DNA of 64,000 nucleotides, taken from Raillietiella orientalis (taxonomy: Eukaryota). The stretch covers positions 1-64,000 of the forward strand of contig JAYWIR010000001.1 in the NCBI GenBank assembly GCA_036172245.1, written 5' to 3'. Made by a program: the position numbers and the translations under genes. The notes under the pieces were generated by a model, which worked only from the letters and a program-made list of their open reading frames with translations, was not told the DNA's origin and searched no databases. Positions 25,635-37,790 of the stretch are shown here, piece after piece (the stretch's first letter is position 1; every line of letters begins with the position of its first letter).

Positions 25635-26277
25635 CCCTGCAACGCACGCCGCTTCCACTGGACAAGGGGAGCTGTGGATCCTGAGTGTGTCAGGTGCGGA
25701 GAGCGGGAATCGCTCTTCCACCTTATTGTGGACTGTGCTGCCCTCCGACTTCTCTGGGAACGGTTCGGGACGACCCTCGGGCTCCCTACGGGCAGCATTC
25801 CCAGAGACGTTCTTCGGCCCCTCTTCGTGAAGGACGCACTGCAGCCAGCCGCAGCCAGCGCAGCCTTGAGCTGCGTCCTTGGTGTCGTGGCGGCATGGAG
25901 CGACGCCAAGAACGAAGGAGTGGGTCCACACGCGAGGGATGTCATCCCATACGCGCAACGCTTCTTGCGGAGAGCTGCCGGATGGCCCCAACTGGGTGAT
26001 ATACGGAGAGACCTCGAGGGCTTCCTTCGAAGGATGGGCCCTCCTCACAGCGACCAGTGATCCCTACCCTGCCCTCCAAATTCTTTTTGTTTTTTTATTT
26101 CTTTATTTTTCTTTTTGTTTTTTCCCCTCATCCCCTTTCGCTGTCGGGGAGTGCCACGCCGGGCTGCGTCCCGGTGTCCCGGCAGGTCCCGTGCGTATGG
26201 CCGTGAGCGGGGCATTGTACCGCGTATGCAGAGTTTTCTAAATAAACGCCCCGGGCGTACCCGGGTGTAAAACCCCC
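25635..26277 (+). mobile_element. Short 5'-truncated copy nearly identical to 16292-16930
   Basis: Direct repeat; same C-terminus ...RRMGPPHSDQ; AATAAA-hairpin 26241-26267. Confidence 0.93.
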
Positions 26278-26834
26278 AAGGCTGGCAAGAAGGCCGTCAG
26301 GCGTCCGGTTTCCCCTCAGGAGTCGGCCACTTCCGACCCCAAAGGTGAAGGCTGGAAACACAGCATCCATCTCCGCGGCACCCCGCAAAAAGGCAGGACG
26401 AAAGTCCACAATGCCCCGGAAGATCGTCTCCCCCGACGAAGGGGAAGAGATGGCTTCCGGTAGCGAGGGTGCCATGAGCGTGGGAAACTCCCGGGACCCG
26501 TCGCCCGAGAGAATTTCACGCTCGGACACGGAGGGGATAGAGGGGATGGAGGCCGAACAGGTACCCCAGGTGCCTGCAGAGGCCTCCGTCCTCGTTCCGA
26601 TGGTCCTCGTACCGATGGACCTTTCCTACATCTGCCCCGCGGCAGGTGCCGCTACGCCACTTTCCCAGCCATAATGCCGGGAATCGCCTCTCGCCATCAT
26701 CTGCTGATCACCTGTTGGAACGGGCTAAGCGACGACGGCAAGAGGCGTGACGTGGCCGCCACCCTGGCATCCTTCGACCTGGTGCTGCTGCAGGAGATCC
26801 ACGTGATCTCCGCAGATCAAGACCTGGAGATTTC
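26278..26834 (+). pseudogene. ORF1 C-terminus, TAATG junction (26672-26676) and APE N-terminus of an A-group element
   Basis: ORF 26345..26674 resembles 13066..13362(-); ORF 26674.. reads TCWNG...FDLVLLQEIHVIS. Confidence 0.85.
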
Positions 26835-29800
26835 TCACCCGGTCACGCCGGGGCGTTTATTCCATATAACATAACCAAAAAACCAATTATACAAAATGAA
26901 CCAGTTGGGAACCAAACTCCCAACCGACGACTGAACAAGAATGAAGAGAATATTGCTGGCACGCAGGCCAGAGTAACAGTTTTGCGAACGGTGTGGGGGG
27001 GCGGGGAACACAAAGAAACCAAAATAAAATAAAAACAATGAATAAGGAGGACGGGATAAGGGTCTTTGGGATCGCTCTGGAAGACACGGGGATAAAAGCA
27101 TGGGCACCGGAAATTTTTCCGAGCGAACGGGGACGGGGCATGGGTGGGCGAGAGGTCTCAGGGGTCACCGGATTACCCTTTCTCAAAGGTGTGTAAACCG
27201 GCGATGTATGCCGGTGATGTCCTCATTCACCTTGTCACGAAGATGAGACCACCTTGAAGCCTTCTCCATGATTTAAGCTGCAAGCAGGTGAGCCTCCCTT
27301 CGCTGCGCTGACAACTCCAGGGCGTAGCGGGCCTTCACGATAGCGCGAACGCAACACATGGTTGCGACAATCGCGCCAACCGAAAGTCCATTTCTGCTGG
27401 AGAAGCGCCGCAGCACATCAATGGCAGTGCCTCCCTGCGGCAGGATGGCTGAAATCAGCCTTCGCCACAGTTCACGGAGGTCACCGCAGTCCAGCAAAAG
27501 GTGCGGAAAAGACTCGATCTCTCCGCACCTTTAACAGTTTGGCAAAGCAGCTCCCCCGGAAACGATGCTTCGCTGCCTATTACAGTGTAATGCACAATGT
27601 AAAAAGAGCAGCGCATCTTGTTTCCACTTTAGGGGGAACACGGAGCTGTCCAAACAAACGGGGGGAACCACTATCTCTCCGGGGGGCACACTTAAATGTT
27701 CGCTCCACCGAAGCAGGCCCTTCGCCCGATTACGAGGAGTGGCAGTTTCCACCAGCTCCTTTGTCGTCCAGCAGCCGAGGAGCTTACTGACTCCCGCTAT
27801 TTTGCAGGAGAACTCCCATTCCGCCGGTAGGCAACTGTCGTCGCTTGCTCTGAGAACAGACAGCGCTGCGGCGACTGGTGTGGCGGCCAGGAGATCCGAC
27901 TTCTTCTTGTGCTGCATGATTTCGTCCATTGGATGACTGAGGAGAAGTCGCAGGCGCCGAAGATCTTCCTGGCGCGTTCCTTCGGAAGCTGCCCAAGATG
28001 GAAAAGATTCCTGCGCCATGCATTAATGTTCATGCGGCGGCAGGAGATCCAACATTGGACTTCCAGCAGTGAGGACAGCTGCCTCAGCGGGAAGCCAAAC
28101 CCTATTCTGGTGTGCCGAAAGTGGGGCAGCAACGAAAGCAGTCCCTCGCTTCCCGTGCAGCGCCTTAGTATAAGTCGTGCGGGTAAGCACCACGGCGTAC
28201 ACCACAGCTTGGCACAGAGCCGCAGCATTCGAAACTGCACCTGCAGCTCGATGCTTTTTAAGTCTAGGATGCCCAAGCCTGCATCCTGACGCAACGCCAC
28301 CAAGTCTTTAAGTCTAACACGGGATCTTGCAGCGCCCCACAACGCTTTGCGTAGAAGGCGCTGCGCCCAGACTTTGACTTCCTGGGGGGGTGGACAAACA
28401 AAAAACCGGGGGAGGAGGGGAAGGGCAACGAAGGTGTTTCTGATGCTGGCCCGTTCCAGCAAGACGAACTCGCCTCCTGAGAACAGGCCAAGTGCACGCT
28501 CTGCCTTCCGAAGGCAGTCCGACCACGCTTCTGAGACGCAGAAGTCGCCCAACGGCACGCGAAGTTACCTTAGGAACCTGCTAGTGGGGATCCCCAGGCG
28601 GATCTAGTCGGACTGCCCCTCCCACGTCGCTCCAACCGCAACAACCATGCACTTTCTCCTGTTGACGCTCACGCCCGCACCGTGACGGATCAACTCAAAG
28701 AAATCTTCAAGCGACGCTGCTGGGGTGGACATGGGCAACAGGAGAAGCAGGTCGTCGGCATAGGCTGCCACGGCCGGCGTACCTGGACAGGAGCTCGGCA
28801 GGTTGGATAGCGTCAGCCTGTAAGCCTCCAGCACCATATCAAAATAGATGCTAAAGAGCAGCGGGCTTAAGCTATCGCCCTACATAATTCCACGTTTAAC
28901 CGGCACGCCGTACACGCGACAGCCACTGAAAACAATGGATGTAATCGCGTGGCGCCAGCAGGAGCGCAAGTACGCCAATAGGGATGCCGGGAGGCCCACA
29001 CGTTCCAAGAGCTCAAGAAGAAGCTTTTGGTTCACGCAATCGAAAGCTTTGTGCAAATCGACTGCAACCGCCAAGGCTCCCGTGGTTTCCCTTGGCGACC
29101 CGCGCCTCCGTCGGTGCGAGATCGAAAGCGTCGCTTCCGCAAGACGATCCATCGCCACACGATACTGCAATTGCAGCCATGTGCGGATGAATAAGAGGTT
29201 CACGTCCATGGACCGCCCAGGGACAGCGTAGGTCTGCTCCGGACTTACCAAAGACTCCGCGATCCTCCTTATCCGCGCCACCCAAAGTTTTGAGAACAAC
29301 TTGACGTCCGAATTCACTAATGTGATCGGACGCCAATTGTTCAGTTGGCGCAAATCTCCGCCTTTCGGCCGGAGACGCACCTTCGCTGAGCGAAACGAGG
29401 CGGGGATATCGCCCGCGTCTCGCATCAGCGACGAGAGTTGAAGCACCAGGGGGATGAGCTCCGCCGCAAAACACTGAAAGAATTCCGCGGGGAGCCCATC
29501 TTCGCCTGGCGCTTTTCGTCTCTTGAGCCCCGAGATGGCCGAAGAAATTTCCTCTGCCGTGAAGGGCTCATGGAGACGCGCACGATCCTCCTCGTCTACA
29601 ACAGGTGCATCAATCAGCAGAAGCAGCTCGGAGAGACTGCGTTCCGTTGGTGCCTCTGCATACAGAGAAGAGTAATAGCGCCTGACTATCCGCCGCACGT
29701 CGGCTGGAGCCGAGCTTTCCCGGTCCTGGTCGTCGAGCAGAACTGTCGCTCCAGACTGCCAGACCTGGCGCTCGGCCTTGGCCTTGTACTCGGATAATCG

Positions 29801-31440
29801 ACCAACGTCCGCGCGCCTGGAGTAGGAGCGAGCCTGCAGAAAATCTCTGCTGTTGGCTACACCCTCTCCGAAGCCGCGCGGAAGCTGGTGCAAGGAAACC
29901 GGCAGCGGACCGATCTTTTCAGATCGTCCCAGTCAGCAAGCTCACTTATGGGGAAGCCGCGGAGGTACTGGAGAAGATGCTCCGCCGCTTCCGGGTGGCT
30001 TAGCCAGTCTGCCGGCATCCTCCAAAAACAGTTTGGAGGCCCCTTGCCTGGCGGGAGCAACTCGAACTCGAGCCTGTTGTGGTCTGAAAGCACGGACGGC
30101 ATGGGACCGCTCCGACCCACTCGAGAGAGCAAGTGTTCATCGAGGGATACATGGTCCGGTGATGTCGCCATAACAGAGTCGTTAGCGAACAAGTTGCACG
30201 CGTGCACGGACGCGTACATCTCTTCCACTAGCAACTTTTACCTTTTATGTGCGCTATTCTCGGTCAGCAGGTGGACATTAAAGTCCCCCGCAATGAGATG
30301 CGCCACAGTAAGGTGAGAACGAGTGAGCCACTGGCTCCGAACGGTACCGAGGAACTCAATCCTTTCGGCCCATCGTCCAGCACCGCTGGGCGCGTACACG
30401 TTCGTTACGACAAGGTCGATCGAGTCGGACCACTTGAGTACAAGCTGTCCCACTCGGCTTTCCGTGTCGAAGCGAACGCCGCGCACCGCTCCCGCCAAAT
30501 TTCCTCGTACGAGGAAAGCGACGCCGCACATATAATGTAGCGTTCTGCCCGCACGCCGTTTGATTTCGGCAGCCTGGTCTCCGGAGATGCTGTGAATCTC
30601 CTGCAGGAGCGTCAAGTCGAAGGCGCGCAGAGCGTTAGCTACTAGTCGCCTCTTCACATCGTGTTGGAGACCGTTGACGTTCCAGCACGCCACGGCAACA
30701 CGACGAGAAGACGCGATTGCCCTCATCACGGCTGGGAAAGCGAGGCCGTGGTGCTCGCCTCACCCGGCGAGCGGGCAGTAAGCAGCACGACGGGCTGGAG
30801 GGCGCGGTCGCCACCGGCCTCCACCGTTCTGCGCGTAATCGAGTGCTCCTCCCCGGGTGCAGAACCTGTGGGTTCCGGGGTGAGCCCTCGCCGTTCCGCG
30901 GCGAGTGTGTCACGCCCCAGGGCATCAGCCCTGCGGGCGCTCGCTCCGGCGCGAGTAACTCGTCGTTCAGCGGCGTTATCGGACTCCTTTACGGAGTCTG
31001 ATGCTCGCACGATCGACGTGCGTTTGCATCCCTCCGATCGCACCGGAAACGTCTTCTCGGCGGTCACAGGGCGGACTTGCACGCGTTGACGGCGCTGGCT
31101 TTTTCCTGGGCAGAAGAACCCTCCGCGCGTGTTCTCTTGTTCACGCGGCTGTTCTTTGCCTTCAAAGAGCTCTCGGATGGAGGTTGCGAAGCCTTCTTGG
31201 GAGATTTTTCTTTTCTCCTCTCCACAACCTTTCATTCTCCGTCACGATTTTCGGACGCTTCCGCGACTTTCGTCTCGGAAACCTCCGGAGTTTTCGCTGC
31301 CGCATCTAGGTGCGTCGCTTTCGCCACGCCTTTAAAAGGAGGCAGCGGAGTCACCTTCTTTGCCGTCAAGAGATTGCTCCTGTCTTGCCGAGTGGTTGAC
31401 CTTGCTTCGAGGTTCATTCTGTTGCGCGCACGACGACGGT
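26835..31440 (-). mobile_element. Inverted duplicate of A-group element 8331-12944
   Basis: Same proteins and shared stops; extra frameshifts near 30237 and 29895. Confidence 0.92.
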
Positions 31441-31653
31441 TAATCAGTTAATTGTGATCGCGTGTGCCCGGAGAGGGAAAGTGTCCAGAGGAAAGTGAGT
31501 GTGGACTAGAGTGTGCTGCATAGGATCTGCTCATACAGCTACAAAAGAAGCGCCGAGGAGATCACGGCGGAAGACCTCTAGTCGTCCCGAGCAGCAAGAC
31601 CAGCTGCCAGGATGCAGGCACCTAGAGGAGGAGTGTAGAGGCCGTCGTGCCCC

Positions 31654-33402
31654 ATGGAAGCCATGGAAGTAACGTGCGCCAACGGCGAGGCGGCGGCAGG
31701 CATGCCGAGGATCGCGCCCGCGGTGGGCTTTGCTGCGCCGGCGGCGGCGATGCCAAGCGTCGTGCCCGCGGCGACGACGGTGGAGGTCGTGCCCGCGGCG
31801 CCGACGCCGAGGATCGTGCCCGCAGCAAGGAAGGTCGCGCCTGCGGCGGCGATGCCGAGGGTGCCGCAGGCGGCGGCAACGGTGGCAACGTCGAGGGCTG
31901 CGCCCGCGGCGGCGGCGTCCCAGGAGCGATCCGTGAGCGTCCACGCGGTACAGGGCGTGACGCCATCTTGTTCGGCTGCGGCGGCGCAACCCATTTCGTA
32001 TGCGTCTGTGGCGGCAGGACAAGCGAGTGTCCACAGGCCAAGGAAATTGGGAAAGCCGCTATGCGGAAAAGTGCAAAAGGTAGATCGGCCGATCGTGGAG
32101 CTAAGGCCGAATGTAAAGCCCATTATTTTCAAGACTGGGCTGATAAAATTTAATAACATCAGGGAGGTGTATCTGTCCCTGGATAAAACAGACATCAATT
32201 TTGATCGAATAGAGGCGATTATACCCAGTAACAACGGTTTCACAGTATTTACAGACTGTGAAAACATTAGAGAGAGATTGATCCAGAAGGGGATCAATAT
32301 TCAAGGAAGGATGGTTTGTGGTATTGGCGAGATGACATACACAACCATATTCTTAAACGGCATTTCCATCCTCACACCGCAGCTAACGATCTGGAACTTT
32401 TTGGAGCAGTTTGGGGAGGTTCTCGACCTTGAATTCCAGAACCTCTCTGGAAATATATTTTCTGGCGACATGATCGCCAAGATGAAGATGAAGGAGGGAG
32501 CTGTTATATCTGGGTTGGCGTTTATTGACGAACAATCCCAGGGAGTGAACGTGCGCCACCGGCAACAACCGGTATTCTGCACCGAGTACAAGCAGTTCGG
32601 CCACAGGGCCGGCACTTGCCCAACATGCCGTTGCTTCCGCTGCGGCAAAGTTGGACATCAAGTCCGAAACTGCCCGCAACCGGAGGTGTGCTCCTTCTGC
32701 AAGAAGCACGGACATGCTAAATGGAGCTGTCCCGAATTCGCCAATTGCAGAAGGATTCGAGGACTCTCTCTCGTGAGAGAGAGAAACATCAAGGAGGCCG
32801 AACAGCCTCAGAAGTTGGCAGGAAGGCCGAAGAAGGTGAAGGAAGCAGTCCAGGTATCGACGGACGGCTTCATTGAGGAAAGAAAGAAAGGAAAGAGGAG
32901 GATGCTCGTCAAGGAGCAAGAAACCCCTCTTATCCTAGAAGGAGCAGCGCAGGAAGGCGAAAAGATGGAGTTAGCGCAGGAAGGCGCGAAAGAAGGAAAC
33001 CAGGAAGCCACTCCAGTATCGCAGGAGGCCCTGCAGTCCACAAAGGAGTTGGCAACACTAGCGGAGGAAGTGATGGAGGTGCAAAGCGGGCCTCAGCAAG
33101 AGAAAATCTTGCAGAAGATCTGCAATGCACAGGAGAAGGTGAACCAGGTTGTGGAGGTCACCGAGGGCGAGATGCTAGAAGAACAGCTTCTCGACGTAAA
33201 GGCGAACTTCTGCGCAAAGGTCGAGATAGAGGCGCTATCTCGAAAATTGATCGGGCGGGCCGAACACTTTACGGAGGAGGCGGAAGTAACCGACCTCACC
33301 GGAACGGAGAGTGACGCCGGCAGCGAGAAGCCCGCTGCTTCTTCATCGTCTGGAAGAGCACGCTCTTTCAGACAGAAGAAGCTCAGGAAGGCCAGGAAAT
33401 AG
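31654..33402 (+). CDS. Open 582-aa family B ORF1 (gag-like RNA-binding protein)
   Basis: Uninterrupted frame; Ala/Pro repeats, RRM-like FLEQFGEV region, knuckles (first has C>Y), acidic helical tail. Confidence 0.85.
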   Translation: MEAMEVTCANGEAAAGMPRIAPAVGFAAPAAAMPSVVPAATTVEVVPAAPTPRIVPAARKVAPAAAMPRVPQAAATVATSRAAPAAAASQERSVSVHAVQGVTPSCSAAAAQPISYASVAAGQASVHRPRKLGKPLCGKVQKVDRPIVELRPNVKPIIFKTGLIKFNNIREVYLSLDKTDINFDRIEAIIPSNNGFTVFTDCENIRERLIQKGINIQGRMVCGIGEMTYTTIFLNGISILTPQLTIWNFLEQFGEVLDLEFQNLSGNIFSGDMIAKMKMKEGAVISGLAFIDEQSQGVNVRHRQQPVFCTEYKQFGHRAGTCPTCRCFRCGKVGHQVRNCPQPEVCSFCKKHGHAKWSCPEFANCRRIRGLSLVRERNIKEAEQPQKLAGRPKKVKEAVQVSTDGFIEERKKGKRRMLVKEQETPLILEGAAQEGEKMELAQEGAKEGNQEATPVSQEALQSTKELATLAEEVMEVQSGPQQEKILQKICNAQEKVNQVVEVTEGEMLEEQLLDVKANFCAKVEIEALSRKLIGRAEHFTEEAEVTDLTGTESDAGSEKPAASSSSGRARSFRQKKLRKARK

Positions 33403-33415
33403 GTCTTCCCCTTTT

Positions 33416-36400
33416 ATGGCCTCTTGCCTATCGACCGCCAAGAGGCTGAACATCGCCTCCTGGAATGTAAACGGTGTGGTCGACCAGGGAAAAAGAAAAA
33501 GCATTGTGCGGACCATCGCACAACAAGACCCACAAGATGGATCTCGAGATTAGTCAGCGAATGGAACGGCGATTCAACGGGCAGATGTTCGTCAGCGAGG
33601 GAGAACGGAACACGCAGGGTGTGGCGGTCCTAATCAAGAACAACTTGGCCCCCACTATTCTGGAAGTGTTCTGTCCCCAACCCGGACGAATCATCGGCGT
33701 GCGACTGGCCTGGTCCGCTACTGTTCACCTCATCCTGGTGAACGTGTACGGGCCGCACAGGCTAAAACATCGTTGTGCGGAGGCGCTGCATGCAGCACTC
33801 CGTGAAAAGGTCGTTTCCAAGGACGTCGTGATTGTTGCTGGTGATCTCAACATATTGGATGAGATCACTCATTCCCAAGACGCCAGAGGAAGGACGGCGT
33901 ATCGGCGGCTGTCCGACGAGTTCGGACTGGTGTGGCGAACTGCAAGTCACAAGCCGATCGATCACGTCCTCCACAGCACCGAACTAGGGAATCGCATTCA
34001 GGGTTTTCGAGACACATTGACCATTCTGTCCGATCTCCCGTTGGTGCGGTTTTACCTAAGAACGGAGAATCCTCGGCGGAGGCAAGGCACCAGGGCGGCG
34101 CTCATCAGCATGCCCGCCTGATTCGAAACCCATCCCGGACATCAGGCTGTCCTGGAGACGATTCTGAAGGCAACAACAATCCCAAGAGTCGCCGACTGGG
34201 ACAGCCTGAAACATAGGATACACCTGTTTGCAAACATGCAGTTCGGAGATAGGCGCTTGAGGCAGGAGGCGTACCGGGAGCTGAACATCCAAGATCGCTC
34301 ACTCTCAAAGTACTTTAATCAGTACGAGAGTCGGTACGTCTTCAAGAACATAAAAGGGGAAGTCGGCGTGCTGGAGAAGAGAAATCTGGCAACAGATATC
34401 TTCTGCATCCAGTACGACGGTCAAAAGCGACAGTCGTCTGAGGACATCGTGGATGCCTTTCAAAGGCATTACACGAAACACTTTAGGCGACAACATCTCT
34501 GTCGCTCTAGTCAAGAGGCCTTTCTGAGCTACCTCGAGAAGAGGACCGACGATCTCCAGCGGAACAGACTGGAGGAGGAATTCTCCGAAGACGAGGTGAA
34601 GACTGCGTTTGGTCAACTACCCAAGGACGTGGCAGCGGGCCCTGACAGCGTACCCATCACTCACTATCAGCGGTACTTGCATGCCTTCCTGCGCTTGTCC
34701 CACCAGTTGAACCTCTGCATCCGTGAAGAAGGCAGACTACCTGAGTCCTTCTACGAGAGTAGGATGAGCTTGTTGCCGAAAGGAGCCGACCCAACCCAGA
34801 TCGCTCAATGGAGGCCAATCTCAATCCTGAACTCCGATGCCAAGTGGTTGGCGAAGATCTGGTCCAACCGCTTAGGCAGGGTCATGTCGAAGCTCATCTC
34901 TCCGGTCCAAACGTGTGCAGTCCCTGGACGTCACATGTCGGACAATGTCAAGTGTGCCCAGGCCACCGTTGGACTCAGCCGATACGTCGGCGAGAACCTG
35001 GTGCTGGTGTTCACTGACATGGAGAAGGCTTTCGACTCCATCGACCATGGGATGCTGCTGAAGGTTCTGGAGAAGCTAGGCCTTCCGGAACACTTAAGCA
35101 ACTCCGTGAGGGTGGTACTTTAGAACCAGTACTGCCGAATCAAAATCAACGGCCAGGAGACGGCAGCAATCCGGATGGAACGGGGAGTCCGGCAGGGCGA
35201 CTCGCAAAGTCCGTTGCTGTTCGTCATCTACATGGAGGCGTTGTCGTCCTTTATCGAGAAGAGCGGACGACTGCAAGGCATAGCCATCGATGGCCAGCGT
35301 CTTACCTATCTGGCATACGCTGATGATCTACTCTTCTTTATCAAGGGAGAGAGAAATCAACGAGCGTTTCTGGATGTGGTAGACCTGATGGATCAAGGCC
35401 TGGGTCTAAAGATCAACGCCCAGAAAAGCCAGCTCTTGCTCGTTGGAATCCTCGATCTCTCCGCTCTAGCGGGAAGAGGATTCCGTACGGTGGACACGGC
35501 CAAGTACCTGGGTGTCTACATTGGCGACGACTCTGCGTCGAAGCTATTGTGGACCGAGATCCTAGGGAAAACGGCCAAGGAAGCAGCCAAGTACACCCGA
35601 ACGGACCTTGGGATGAAGCGAAAGGCCAACATATGGAACGGAGTACTCCTTCCGAAAGTGCTCTTCGGGGCGGCCTTCGCGAGGATGAACAAGGACACCA
35701 CGAGGGAGTTCGACAAGCTGCAGAGAAAAACACTGTGGGGCCACTATCGCCCAAGAGTTCGACTAAAACCCCTGTGTCGTTCCGGGATGGAACGGGTCCG
35801 GGATGAAGTCGCTTGCACACTCCATAGAAATCATGGATACGCGACACATCCTGGACATTGCCACTCACTGGGATGACTGGCCGTATGCGGCGCACAGGGC
35901 CTACGCGTTGTTGTTGAACAACTCGAAAGGCCTGATGACTGCGCTGCTAGGCCGAGCAGGGGAATGGATAAAAATCGACCCAACTTGGAGGAGGAAGCAA
36001 CGGCTGGTGCGAAAGCACAAAATCAAGATCGTGCCGAGAAGTAGGGAACTCTGGCAGGACGAGTCCATCCTGGTGATCCCTTGGATGCTTCCTGTCCCGC
36101 CGGACACGAGAAGCTGGATCCACCAGCGGTCCAGAGTTACCCTACAACAAATCCAGGAGTGGAGGCGAGGAGGGTACCTACATCACACTCGTATACTTAG
36201 GTATATAGAGATGATGTTAGGAAGGTTTACCCACATGACCCGCGAGGTGTGGCTTAACCACAACGACTTCGCGTGGTCCAGGGTAATCAAAACAAACCTC
36301 CGAAGAATAATTCGGGAAGAAGATTGTGACATCAGTGCCCTCCAGGAAGCCGCCGATCGCTACGGAAGTGACCGGATCAACCTGCTAGCGATCGGCACGA

Positions 36401-36912
36401 TGCTGTGGAGAAGTGACCTTCCGCCGGGCACCCAGGATGACCTCCTGATGTTTCATCATGGAGGAATCCAGAGTGGGTCCCGATTGCAGTACTATACCGG
36501 AAGACGGGAAGATCGAGACTGCACGGCATGTGGAGACAACGACACGAGACTTCACGTCTTGACGTGTCCCACATTGCTGCATGATTGGCTGATCCTGAAA
36601 AGGATCATCGGACTTACGAACAGATCCGTAATGGAGATCCTCGCCGGGATGTTTCAGGGGGATGGTAATGTTCCCTGTTACAATCCCATGGTGAGGACGA
36701 CCATTGCCCTCTTCATCACCGCCATACTTGTTCGGTGGTGGAAAATGAGGAAAGCCAGGAGAGCCGCACCACCGATGGAGATCCTACAAGGGCTCCTGAA
36801 GAGAGAAATCGGCATTAGGAACTGTGGGAAAATCCAAGCCTGGACGTACCGATTTATCCTGAAGAGGATAGAAGACGACGCCCGGGACCAAACAGCAGGA
36901 AACCCACCATGA
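33416..36912 (+). pseudogene. Family B ORF2, disrupted
   Basis: 20-bp deletion between AGAC repeats near 33530 removes IVCLQE; stops 34119 and 35121; frameshift ~35790. Confidence 0.9.
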
Positions 36913-37038
36913 GTGCAGAACTTGTGAACTCATGGTCTTCAGAGTGGTAAAAGCTGTGCAAATGGTATGAATGAGACTATAGTGTGAATGTTTTTGTAGA
37001 AAAATTTTGAAAAATAAATTTACCCCACCCCTTGTGGG

Positions 37039-37790
37039 ACCTGGGGAAACTTGCCGAGTCGGTGAAGGGGCGGCTGCATGCAGCGTGTTTTTGCGCGGCG
37101 CGCCGCGGCTTGCTACGTGTTTCGTAGCCGCCGCAGAGACCCCTACGTTGGATTGGGGTTTGCCGGTTTGGGGAGGGACAGCGGGTTGGAGCTGGAAGTC
37201 TTCGCCCTGTGTCGATCTTCTTGCTCACCTACCTTTCCTACCGAGGTTCTTCGGATATTTCTTGGTTCCTGGCCTGGAGAGGTGTTTCCCAGTACGGCAG
37301 CGAGGGCGGGCACGGCACGCGTAGAACCCTCGCGCCCCTTTTTAATTGGCTTCCCCGCCGCGATTTCTCCCTTTTGGGGCGTTGCGGGCGGGGACGCCTT
37401 TTGTATTGCCTCATATTGCTTGGCTCTTTTGCCAAGACTCCGCGGACACTGCTTTTTGTTGGGGGCAGCGGCCTTTTGTGCGTTCATGTCCTGAACGCGA
37501 CGAACTTCCGCTGCTGCCCTTTCCTTTGCAAGGAGCGGGCACTTTTTGATTTCGTGCCCGGAATCTTTGCAATAGCGGCATCTTGGAGAGGGGCACTCTT
37601 TAATTCGGTGCCCATCCTTGCCGCACTGCTCGCACGCGCGAGTCTGGCCTATGAACCACAGGTGAACGACCGTGCCGTTCACCTGCAGCTGCTCGGGCAC
37701 AACACGCCTGTTCGCAACGGTGATCCGCGCAGAGGCTTGTCCAATGTGGACAGAGGGGAAATCCTTTAGAGGATTTGGCCTCCTCCACAG
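37039..37790 (-). pseudogene. A-group ORF1 3' half with two zinc knuckles
   Basis: CEQCGKDGHRIKEC and CRYCKDSGHEIKKC in ORF 37143..38009. Confidence 0.85.

Larger units (their letters stand above)
31441..37038 (+). mobile_element. Near full-length family B element (copy 2)
   Basis: ORF1 31654..33402; ORF2 33416..36912 disrupted; AATAAA 37013-37018 and hairpin 37024-37038. Confidence 0.93.
26827..37373. repeat. Right arm of ~10.6 kb inverted segmental duplication (partner 2383-12952)
   Basis: Reverse-complement match to the left arm throughout. Confidence 0.95.

Noticed and set aside
31444-31449. TCAGTT initiator-like motif at the B 5' end
   Set aside because: Not preserved in the other arm and no correctly spaced DPE.
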